NCBI RefSeq assembly: GCF_900079115.1
Contig: NZ_LT549890.1
Coordinates: 1,680,001-1,712,000, forward strand
Length of the DNA: 32,000 nt
Direction of reading: 5' to 3'
Source of the DNA: Saccharolobus solfataricus
Lineage (GTDB): Archaea; Thermoproteota; Thermoprotei_A; Sulfolobales; Sulfolobaceae
Shown here: in pieces, positions 1-7,796 of the stretch
Layout: each line of letters starts with the position of its first letter
Position numbering within the stretch: the stretch's first letter is position 1
Made by a program: the position numbers and the translations under genes
The notes under the pieces: model-generated
Seen by the model: only the letters and a program-made list of their open reading frames with translations
Database searches by the model: none
Told to the model about the DNA's origin: nothing

Positions 1-657
1 GCGATAGTTTCACTCCAAGAAGAGGTGAAGAGACAAGGTGAAGCCATTGTATCACTCCAGAAGACTGTTGAAAAACAAGGTGAAGCCATTGTATCACTCC
101 AAGAAGAGGTGAAGAGACATGGGGATGCGATAGTTTCACTCCAAGAGGCTGTAAAGTCCTTACAAGAAGAGGTGAAGAGACAAGGTGAAGCCATTGTATC
201 ACTCCAAGAAGAGGTGAAAAAGCATTCTAAAGCTATTCTTAGGCTTGCTAAGAGTCAAAAAAGACTTTCGATTGAGTTGGGTAGTTTCACTTCGAGGGCT
301 GGTAAGGGGTTGGAAAGAGCCATGCTAAAACTTTATAAAAAGTCTTTAGAATTGCACGGTGTAGATCCCAAGAGAGTTAAACATGGCAATATTGTCGATA
401 CTGTTGGTATCATAGAGAAGGGTAGGTCCTTTGAGGTTGACTTTTACGAAACTAACGACTACATCTACGTTTTCGAGATAAAGAACTTCTCTGATAAGGA
501 CGTTATTGACCAAGTTTTCGTAAGGAAGAAGTTGTTCTCGGTCTTGTATAACAAGCCTCTAAAAGTATTTGTTGTTACTAATTACATAGAGAGGGATGTT
601 AAGGAGAAGCTTGAAAAGGAGGGAGTAGAGATTATTGCCTCCCACGTTATTGACTAA
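1..657 (+). CDS. Coiled-coil repeat protein with C-terminal PD-(D/E)XK-like domain; the 5' end runs off the window
   Basis: The frame is open from base 1, so the listed start at 25 is internal. The N-part is heptad repeats (GEAIVSLQEEVKRQ). The C-part has an EVDFYE...YVFEIK (D...E-x-K) pattern with alternating strands and helices. Paralogues lie at 5045-5744 and 5926-6343. Confidence 0.7.
   Translation, partial: AIVSLQEEVKRQGEAIVSLQKTVEKQGEAIVSLQEEVKRHGDAIVSLQEAVKSLQEEVKRQGEAIVSLQEEVKKHSKAILRLAKSQKRLSIELGSFTSRAGKGLERAMLKLYKKSLELHGVDPKRVKHGNIVDTVGIIEKGRSFEVDFYETNDYIYVFEIKNFSDKDVIDQVFVRKKLFSVLYNKPLKVFVVTNYIERDVKEKLEKEGVEIIASHVID
17..205 (+). repeat. In-frame 42-bp (14-aa) tandem repeats inside the coiled-coil gene
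   Basis: Units caagaagaggtgaagagacaaggtgaagccattgtatcactc start at 17, 59, 101 and about 164. They have a few substitutions and one unit carries a 21-bp extension. The array continues upstream of the window. Confidence 0.85.
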
Positions 658-1135
658 TTTTTGTTGTAAATTATGAGGGAGAATGTTAATACTAAAGATT
701 TAAAGAATAGGTCGAATTACTATTTCCATTAAGTTTATAGTCTAGTATTACTATGTAAAAACAATATGAAAATTACGTCTATTGCAATGACCTAATAAAG
801 CATATGGATCCTACAACTAATCATTCAATTTTCTTTTTAATCTAAGCTTATAAGTAACTTATTGATGGATGATGAGGTATAATAATTTTCTGGAAACACT
901 ACGGTCTCCCTTAAGTAATACTCTCCAGTTTTACTTCAAGAGAAAATTCAAAATTTCTTGGTATCTTATCTTTTTTAATTTTTGAATAATTTTCTATAGA
1001 CTCGTCCATAGATTCATTCAATTATTTGCACTTGGAACACTCTTTCTAGTGAAGAAGTGCATGAGGGATTTGAGCAAATACTATGAGAACTCAATAGCGG
1101 GATATGAGTTAATGTTTGTTTCTACGTCATATTTA

Positions 1136-1159
1136 TAGTATACTATCCATAGTATACTA
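1136..1159. promoter_or_regulatory. Twin 10-bp palindromes TAGTATACTA-N4-TAGTATACTA abutting the RHH gene start; candidate operator overlapping a TATA-like box
   Basis: TAGTATACTA is its own reverse complement and occurs at 1136-1145 and 1150-1159. The ATG is at 1161. A TTTATA lies at 1132-1137, about 24-29 nt upstream of the ATG, which is leaderless-transcript geometry. Confidence 0.5.
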
Positions 1160-1160
1160 C

Positions 1161-1289
1161 ATGAGTGAACTAATCTCCGTTAGGTTAAAAAAGGAAATAG
1201 TAAAGGAAATTGATGAGATAGTATCTAGAGGGATTTTTCCATCCAGAAATGAAGCGCTAAACTTTCTAATGATACTAAGGTTTAAATGA
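1161..1289 (+). CDS. Small ribbon-helix-helix (CopG/Arc-like) DNA-binding protein, 42 aa
   Basis: Translation by hand gives MSELISVRLKKEIVKEIDEIVSRGIFPSRNEALNFLMILRFK*. The pattern is a beta-strand (ISVRL) followed by two helices. It falls below the ORF-track size cutoff. Confidence 0.55.
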   Translation: MSELISVRLKKEIVKEIDEIVSRGIFPSRNEALNFLMILRFK

Positions 1290-1503
1290 AGTTAATAAAT
1301 GGAAAAACGTTGTAAAAAATCTAAGGAGGTTAAATTCCCAACAATTGAAAAAAGCTTGGAAGACTTCCTTTCAGAAAGGGATAGGTATTGAAATATAGGG
1401 AAAACTTGATGTAATTTTACTATATGACATCGAATAAGATGACTGCATGAGAACACTCCCCACTCTTTAACTGAGAAATTTGAATCAGAACACAAATGAG
1501 TTG

Positions 1504-1582
1504 GGGGCAACATTTTCATTCATTTGAAACCTAGTTTAAATCCCCTTATATCGCTTTCGCCAAATATTTTAATTGTGTAGTG
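1504..1582 (+). repeat. Partial (left about 80 bp) copy of the roughly 200-bp MITE-like element seen at 4061-4255 and 30679-30878
   Basis: ggggcaacattttcattcatttgaaacctagtttaaatcc...aattgtgtag aligns with 30679 onwards (gggaacaatttcatgcatttgaaatttagtttaaattcc...aattgtgtag). Confidence 0.5.
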
Positions 1583-1595
1583 TTGATATATATTA

Positions 1596-2294
1596 TTATA
1601 TCCCTATATTGAAACTTGGACCACCTTGTTGACCTTGAGGTAAGTATGGCCTTAATGACGCTGCCAACTGTTCAACTGTCAATGTGTGTAACCATACTTT
1701 CCCTGGCCCTTCGATATCTACGAAGAACAGGCCTTCTCCAGAGAATAATATGGACTTTATTCCTCCAACCCGCTGAATGCCATATCTCATACCTTCTTCA
1801 AATGCCATTAAATGAGCAGCTTCAACTTGCAACCTCTCTCCGGGGTCAAGGTATCTCTCAATTAAGCCTCCGTAGGCGTGTAGGAATACATTCCCAGTTC
1901 CCCTAAACTTGGCCAAAAATATACCTTCTCCTCCCAACCATCCTACACTTAGCTTATTTAAGGTAGCATCATAATTTACACCGTTTTCCGCACATAAGAA
2001 AGAATGGGACTCCGCTAAAATTCCATTACCTTGTAGTTGTATTTGGACTATTGGGCCCGGGAAGACACCAGATAAGTATACTTCTCCTGGACCATAAAGT
2101 TCAGTTACAAAGAACGATCCGCCAGTTATCTCCCTCTTTAACGCACCGAAAAATCCGCCTCTCATAGTCGTCTTCATTGTTACTGAACTTTGTTTTGCGA
2201 TCATGTGCCCAGCATCCACGTAAATTGCTTCACCTTCACCTAACATTACTTTTAAGTACTGTAAATCTTTTCCAAGAATTTCATACTGTGGCAT
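1596..2294 (-). CDS. AIM24 / TIGR00266 (DUF124) family protein
   Basis: 232 aa with family-typical segments: YLKVMLGEGEAIYVDAGHM, GGFFGALKREITGGSFF, GPG.V.L, GGEGIFLAKFRGTGNVFL and GEGLFFVDIEGPGKVWL. Confidence 0.75.
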   Translation of the reverse strand: MPQYEILGKDLQYLKVMLGEGEAIYVDAGHMIAKQSSVTMKTTMRGGFFGALKREITGGSFFVTELYGPGEVYLSGVFPGPIVQIQLQGNGILAESHSFLCAENGVNYDATLNKLSVGWLGGEGIFLAKFRGTGNVFLHAYGGLIERYLDPGERLQVEAAHLMAFEEGMRYGIQRVGGIKSILFSGEGLFFVDIEGPGKVWLHTLTVEQLAASLRPYLPQGQQGGPSFNIGI

Positions 2295-2461
2295 GATCTC
2301 TACTCATATTAATAGTATATAAATTTTGATGAATCAACGATTTTTATCTCCTATTTTAGAAGTGAATAAACTCTTTAAACTACTTACATATAGTAAGTCT
2401 TATTTTTCCCGGTAATACCGAAGATCTTAAAAATTATTACTATAATTCCATTCTCCAGGAG

Positions 2462-2616
2462 GATTCAGACATCCATTGCGAATTCACTTTATTTCAAAAA
2501 TTTCTACGAAATTAACTAAATGAAGACAACTAATTAGTAGAGAAACACGATTATCAATACTAACATTTTTACAACGTATTATTTACAAATTACAATTCTC
2601 AAAGGAGACTTGAATC
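2462..2616. mobile_element. MITE-like element of about 155 bp, copy A
   Basis: Imperfect terminal inverted repeats gattcagacatccattgcgaattc and gaattgtaatt..caaaggagacttgaatc. It is about 85% similar over its full length to 31691-31846 and shares termini with 17350-17505. Confidence 0.65.
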
Positions 2617-2904
2617 GCCCTTTCTCCAAGAGTTTGGGTAAAATCAAGTATTACAGTATTTTGAAAAGATGTGGGAAGAAAGCTGAATGGAAATTTGAAG
2701 TTCCTCTTATGTAGTGTTAATCGTAATCACAAGCTGCTTAGTTGGTCTATTGAATTTTTTTCACTCAACAACTATATTATCTTTATTTCAGTTAATGTTA
2801 AATGTTTAAGTTGGGTTTGTAAAGAGTCTTAAAACCCGCAAAAATTCAGTAAGTTTAGGAAACAATCATAAACTAAAAACCTATAAGTTACTAAAAATGA
2901 AGAA

Positions 2905-3915
2905 TCATTCCAACAGTTCCTTTACCTCTCGAAATGTAGAGGGATTTCCTAAAACTACTAGTTGCTCTCCAATATTTAACTCTGTTTCCTTAGTGAAGAA
3001 TGGATCTATCCTATTTCCTCTTATTATGGCTAAGGGTACTACGCCATCTGGTAAGTCCTTAATTCTCCTCTTTTTCGTAACGTGGAATATCCCTATAATC
3101 ATGTCTCCAGATCTTTCTGGAAATATCAAACCTGCTATGTTTGTAGAGACTGCTGCACTTGCAGCTATTCTCCCAATTATATCTTCTCTGGATATTACTA
3201 AATCAGCCCCTGCCGTATTAAACAAATCCCTTAACGAGTCATCCCTAATTGCGACAATAACTTGCAATGGTGGATTAAGTTTTTGTAATTTAAGCGTAAC
3301 CAATAACGCTTCCATATCGTCTTCTAGCATGACTATTGCATTCTTAGCTTCTTTTACACCAGCACTTAGTAGGGTATTATCATCCTTGGGATCCCCTAAT
3401 ATTACGTTATCCCCTTTAATTTTATCTGCAATATCTTTAGACGTGGTCAAAACGATGTAATCTATACTTAATCTATTTAATCTTCTTACGGCACTTAATA
3501 ATTCACTGCCATTCCCTATTAGAATTGTATGCCCTTTCATATGTTTTCCCCTCCATCTTGCTTTTACATCATTCCATGTGGATCTGCTTATAAGTGTAGC
3601 TATTATACTTTGAACAATACTAGTATATAATCCCACGGCTAGAATAATCGTTAACGTTAGTATTATCTTCTCGTTTGAGGGCATTTGATATATATTTGGA
3701 GAGTATAGTCCTACAGTAGTTACAACGTTAACACCAGCGTAAATTGCTGAAATCCAATCTAAATGTTGATAAGTTATGAAAACTACAGCATTTATGAGGA
3801 CTGCAACCCCTAAAAGGATGATTTGAACGTAAATCCTTCTAACAACAGAATACGGTGCGACTAAATTTTCTAAAAGGGGTATTATAATCCTATTCCAAAC
3901 TCTCTCCTTGTTCAT
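2905..3915 (-). CDS. 2-TM K+-channel-like protein with cytoplasmic RCK (TrkA-N plus TrkA-C) domains
   Basis: Two N-terminal TM helices flank a pore-like segment VNVVTTVGLYSP. A Rossmann motif ILIGNGSELL follows, and the C-terminal TrkA-C-like part reads IGEQLVVLGN. Confidence 0.75.
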   Translation of the reverse strand: MNKERVWNRIIIPLLENLVAPYSVVRRIYVQIILLGVAVLINAVVFITYQHLDWISAIYAGVNVVTTVGLYSPNIYQMPSNEKIILTLTIILAVGLYTSIVQSIIATLISRSTWNDVKARWRGKHMKGHTILIGNGSELLSAVRRLNRLSIDYIVLTTSKDIADKIKGDNVILGDPKDDNTLLSAGVKEAKNAIVMLEDDMEALLVTLKLQKLNPPLQVIVAIRDDSLRDLFNTAGADLVISREDIIGRIAASAAVSTNIAGLIFPERSGDMIIGIFHVTKKRRIKDLPDGVVPLAIIRGNRIDPFFTKETELNIGEQLVVLGNPSTFREVKELLE

Positions 3916-4060
3916 AGCATACTTCCTCTAGCAGAAAGTGATATGCAAGTAGGAAAGATTTTTGAGAAAGAGCGAGAACCACTCTTTTTATGCATAAAAC
4001 CTCTAAGGTATTCTAAACTAAAAAAATTTTAGGTACTAATCGTTTAAATGTCTAAGCGTA

Positions 4061-4255
4061 GATAACAAGTTCATTTATTTAAAATTAATTTAAACTCCTC
4101 TAGTATCGCCTTAGCTAAACGCATTAATTTTAATGAAATTTTGAAAAAGGATTTTAAAATTACTACATCTTCTCCTCGTTAAAGCTAACCTATCGTTTAA
4201 TTGAAAATTAACTAATACTTTATATGATTTATACTACATTAACAAAATTGTTGCC
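4061..4255 (+). mobile_element. MITE-like element of about 195-200 bp
   Basis: Colinear with 30679-30878, e.g. ttgaaaaaggattttaaaattactacatcttctcc versus tctgaaaaagggtttaaaaatcgtaacatcttctcc. The termini gataacaagtt and aacaaaattgttgcc form an imperfect TIR (G[GA]NAACAA[TG]TT). Confidence 0.6.
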
Positions 4256-4341
4256 CTCATCCTTTGCATTTATGGGTAATTATTACTACGTTCGGACTAT
4301 TAGGGGTGTTGTGACTATGATTATTCCTTTCTTCACGATAG

Positions 4342-4581
4342 CTTGAGGAATGGTTTTCACGTATTAATAGTCCTGTTAACACGAGCGGTGTTGAGGAGAT
4401 TGCGAGTAGGTACTTTAGAAGTAGGGTAGTTTATTTGCACGATGGTTTACCAGTTTACAATGCCTTTGACTGGTTTAATGTTTGGCATAAGAGGGTTACG
4501 TTTGGATATAACGCTGAACAAGGATTTAGGACCTTAAAGCTTAGGCTCACCTCAATGACCTTTCCTTTGGAGTTCCAATAG
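4342..4581 (+). pseudogene. C-terminal fragment of a DDE transposase, family undetermined
   Basis: A start-less 79-codon frame reads LEEWFSRINSPVNTSGVEEIASRYFRSRVVYLHDGLPVYNAFDWFNVWHKRVTFGYNAEQGFRTLKLRLTSM... It is followed by an IS-type terminal repeat at 4677-4705. The N..EGF...LK.RL-like tail is typical of transposase C-termini. Confidence 0.4.
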
Positions 4582-4676
4582 GTTAACCAATTTGCTCAGA
4601 CCTTCTTCCTAATCTACAACCTTCTTTACTCTCAAGTGTATTTAGTGGATAATGGAGTAATAATAAATAAAATATT

Positions 4677-4705
4677 TCAAATGAATGAAATTGTTGACTA
4701 CACTC
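4677..4705. repeat. Terminal inverted repeat shared with the 200-bp MITE family; probable right end of the parent IS
   Basis: tttcaaatgaatgaaattgttgac is the reverse complement of the MITE left end, which reads ggcaacattttcattcatttgaaa at 1507-1530. Confidence 0.45.
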
Positions 4706-5044
4706 CTGCATACTTTAAAATATTGAGGAACGAATCAATAAGGTGTGGGGAACATTAGAATGGCGTAGGGTTGCTGAAGTGTCCCCGTACTATCTACATA
4801 TCCTCGAGTTCTATAAAGGCGGGGGTGAGGAAATCACAGAGGGATAGGTAGGGGGGAATTGGACTGAAGATCAAGCCCGTGGTCTACTACTGGATGAATG
4901 GAGCGGAGTGGGTTAATCTCAATAGCTATGAAGTGATGAAGATGAAGGTAAACGCCAAACCTGTGACCCATCCTAAGGGAATCCTTTAGGGTGGGGAAGA
5001 AATCAATACAATGATAGACACTGAATACTTCTGTTAATAAGACG

Positions 5045-5744
5045 TTAATCGACAACATATGAGGCTATAATCTCAACTCCCTCCTTCTCAAGCTTCTCTT
5101 TAACTTCCCTTTCTATATAGTTAGTAACTACAAATACTTTTAAAGGTTTGCTGTAAAGTGCTGAGAATAACTTCTTCCTTATGAAAACTTGATCAATAAC
5201 GCCCTTATCTGAGAAGTTCTTTATCTCGAAGACGTAGATATAATCATCAGTCTCATAGAAGACGACCTCAAATGACCTGCCTTTCTCTATGATACCAACA
5301 GTATCAACGATCGTACCGTGTTCAACCCTCTTAGGATCTACACCATGAAGTTCTAAAGCTTTCCTATAAAGTTTTAACATTGTCCTTTCAAACCCTTTAC
5401 CGGCCCTAGAAGTAAAACTACCTAACTCAACTGAAAACTTCTTTTGACTCCTAACTAGTCTAAGAATGATCCTGGAATGTCTTTCAATTCCTTTTTGGGA
5501 GAGAGACTATTGCTTCTCCTTGCTTTTTGACTTCTTGCTGTAATGACGTAATAGCCTCACTGTGCCTCTTAACCTCTTCTTGCAAGGATCTTATTGTCTC
5601 TTGTAAAAGCTGAATGCTTTTAGTATTTTCTTCCAATCTCTTTATCACTATTTCATCCTTTAATTTTTCATAAACTTTATCAGCTATTGCAGAAATTAGA
5701 TGTGGGTTTCTAAGGATTTCATCAACGACCTTCTCACTACTCAT
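5045..5744 (-). pseudogene. Paralogue of the coiled-coil/PD-(D/E)XK-like protein, broken by a 1-nt frameshift
   Basis: ORFs 5484-5744 (N-part) and 5045-5380 (C-part, about 85% identical to the C-part of 25-657) rejoin if one C is removed from the ctctccc-aaaaa run near 5490-5500. The repaired reading is ...EAIVSLQKGIERHSRIILRLVRSQKKFSVELGSFTSRAGKGFERTMLKLY... Confidence 0.75.
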
Positions 5745-5925
5745 ATATTTTTGTATATGTAAAAGAGTTTAAAAATCAATCTTTGACAAATGAGTATTAC
5801 TAGTAGTTTCTTGAAAACAGTGCGTAACATATATACCATTTTTTATACTAGTCATCAGTGAGCTACCCTGCCCTCACGGAAGGGGACTTTCGCCCCCTTA
5901 ACCCCCATTAAGATAAAAGTATCTT

Positions 5926-6343
5926 ATGAGTAACGAAGAGATAATTGATACTATAATTAAGAGCCCCCAACTAATATCAGCGTTAGCTGAGAAAGTTTAT
6001 GAAAAACTTAAGGATGAAATAGTGATAAAAAGCTTGAAGAGAACACTCAAGCAATAAAACAATTACAAATAACAGTAGTTGAATCGCAAAAAATATTAAT
6101 GAACACAATAGGGTTTTAGGAGAATATTCGAAAGCTATACAAGAATTGCAGAAAGCGGTAAATGAGCATTCTGAGGCAATAAGAGGTTTACAGAATGCAG
6201 TTATTGAGCATTCGAAAGTAATACAAGAACTAGTTTACGAACATAGGAAGCTCTCGGTAGAAATAGGAGTTTTACTAATAGGGCTGGTAGAAATATGGAG
6301 AAGACTATACTAATGCTCTATAAGAAGGCTCTAGAACTACACT
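5926..6343 (+). pseudogene. Third, heavily decayed copy of the same family; the C-terminal domain is missing
   Basis: MSNEEIIDTIIKSPQLISALAEKVYEKLKDEIVIKSLKRTLKQ* matches the N-terminus of 5484-5744. Later segments (..HSEAIRGLQNAV.., ..LYKKALELH) are recognisable only across stops and frameshifts. Homology ends at about 6343. Confidence 0.6.
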
Positions 6344-6602
6344 ACTGTTTCCAGAAATTTGTTATACTTTATAATTCATCAATAAGTTTCTTATAAATAG
6401 TGATAACAAGGAATCAATTAATCAAGTTGATAAGCTTTATGTATTCATTAAGGCAAATACAATGGAATTATTTTCAATAATATTTTATAAAATAATACTA
6501 GACTATAGACTTACTAGAAGTAGTAACGCTAAACTCCGTTAAATAACTTCTCGTAAGGCTTATCTTAGCTAATCTTATTTCGAATGAAAAGTTTAATATC
6601 CT

Positions 6603-7742
6603 ATGAAGTTGGTAGTTGCGACAAATTTTGATGATTCCTTGTTAGAAGGATTAAAGAGGTACCCGGATGTTAAATATATTTTCGGTAGTTTTAAGAGGAC
6701 TATAACAGGACATGGTAGGGCTGGTTTTATTGTACCCCATATTAAGGAAGAACAATTCGAGACTCATATTAGTTTAGCGCACTCCTATGGTATAAAATTT
6801 CTTTACACAATGAATACTAACACGTTATTAGGCAAGGAATATGATACGGAATTTATTGGTAAAGTAATGAAAGAGGTTGACAAGTTAGTAAATTTCGGAG
6901 TTGATGGTTTTATAGTTGCATTGCCGTTTCTGATAAGACTTATAAGAACTGAATACCCTGACTTGGAAGTTTCTGCGTCTTCCTTTTCTAGAATTCGGAA
7001 CGTAAGGGAAGTTGAGGAGTATACGAATTTAGGCGTTAACACTATAATTATGCATGAGGATGCAAATAGGGATTTCAAATTACTGAAAGAAGTGGCTGCA
7101 TTATCAAGAGCTAATAGATTTGAAATAGAATTAATACTTAATAATTCTTGTCTTTATGGATGTCCATTTAGACTTACACATGATAATATTTCCTCAGTCA
7201 CTTCAATGGTAAACGGAGTAAATGACGTTTGGTTTGAGTACCCCGTACTGTTATGTGCAACCGATGTTTTAAACGACCCAGCGAATTTGATAAGGAGTAG
7301 GTGGATTAGACCAGAGGATATAAAATACTATGAGGAGATAGGGATAAATAGATTTAAAATTGCAGGTAGAAATAAAAAGACGGATTGGATATTAAGAGTA
7401 GTAAAAGCTTATGCTGAGAGGAAGTACGAAGGAGATCTCTTAGATCTCGTTAGCTATCCTCAAGGGAGAGCAGCTACTAAGGCAGTTCAGATGGTTAATG
7501 GACCTTCATCCTACTTTATACTGACTTCGGTAAGGATAGATAATACTAAGTTCCCTAAGGGATGGATAAAGTTCTTTTTCACTAACGATTGTGATACGAG
7601 AAGCTGTAAGGAATGTAAATATTGCGATATCGTAGCTGAAAGAGTAATGACTGTAAATGGAGAACCGTTTAAGAGCAGTGAATGGAGCATAAGGCAACCT
7701 TATCCGATCAATATAATACCGAAATTTAAAGAAAGAAAATAA
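6603..7742 (+). CDS. Peptidase U32 family protein (collagenase-like / O2-independent hydroxylase family) with an extra C-terminal Cys cluster
   Basis: TIM-barrel-like layout typical of U32: [44 protein letters not shown] and [26 protein letters not shown] lies at aa 330-341. Confidence 0.6.
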   Translation: MKLVVATNFDDSLLEGLKRYPDVKYIFGSFKRTITGHGRAGFIVPHIKEEQFETHISLAHSYGIKFLYTMNTNTLLGKEYDTEFIGKVMKEVDKLVNFGVDGFIVALPFLIRLIRTEYPDLEVSASSFSRIRNVREVEEYTNLGVNTIIMHEDANRDFKLLKEVAALSRANRFEIELILNNSCLYGCPFRLTHDNISSVTSMVNGVNDVWFEYPVLLCATDVLNDPANLIRSRWIRPEDIKYYEEIGINRFKIAGRNKKTDWILRVVKAYAERKYEGDLLDLVSYPQGRAATKAVQMVNGPSSYFILTSVRIDNTKFPKGWIKFFFTNDCDTRSCKECKYCDIVAERVMTVNGEPFKSSEWSIRQPYPINIIPKFKERK

Positions 7743-7796
7743 TAGTTTTTCCCTTTTAAATAAAAAAGAACAACAATAATTAGTTATCCTCTAAGA

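Noticed and set aside
861-905. Possible C/D box sRNA (gatgatga at 866-873)
   Set aside because: There is no CTGA D or D' box at the required 12-nt spacing and no terminal stem. The stretch is part of the diverged inverted repeat.
1300-1392. 30-codon ORF MEKRCKKSKEVKFPTIEKSLEDFLSERDRY* just after the RHH gene as a possible toxin or partner
   Set aside because: It is too short, has no motif, and is followed immediately by repeat debris. It cannot be supported.
1292-1519. 75-aa minus-strand ORF
   Set aside because: It spans the 48-bp repeat and a MITE terminus, has no motif, and is most likely a chance ORF in repeat debris.
1616-1906. 96-aa plus-strand ORF
   Set aside because: It lies entirely antisense within the well-supported AIM24-family gene (1596-2294) and its composition is low-complexity.
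2897-3460. 187-aa plus-strand ORF
   Set aside because: It is antisense to the RCK channel gene. The Ser/Leu/Ile-rich translation is typical of the reverse frame of an AT-rich gene.
4928-4965. Possible C box gtgatga followed by ctgtga
   Set aside because: The box spacing is wrong, the D box is imperfect, there are no C'/D' boxes and no terminal stem.
4834-5058. 74-aa minus-strand ORF and the opposite-strand reading GLKIKPVVYYWMNGAEWVNLNSYEVMKMKVNAKPVTHPKGIL*
   Set aside because: Neither has a convincing start or motif. The region looks like degraded sequence next to an IS remnant, so I could not assign it.
6803-7697. ORFs 6803-7078 and 7506-7697 (minus strand)
   Set aside because: Both lie antisense inside the U32-family gene.
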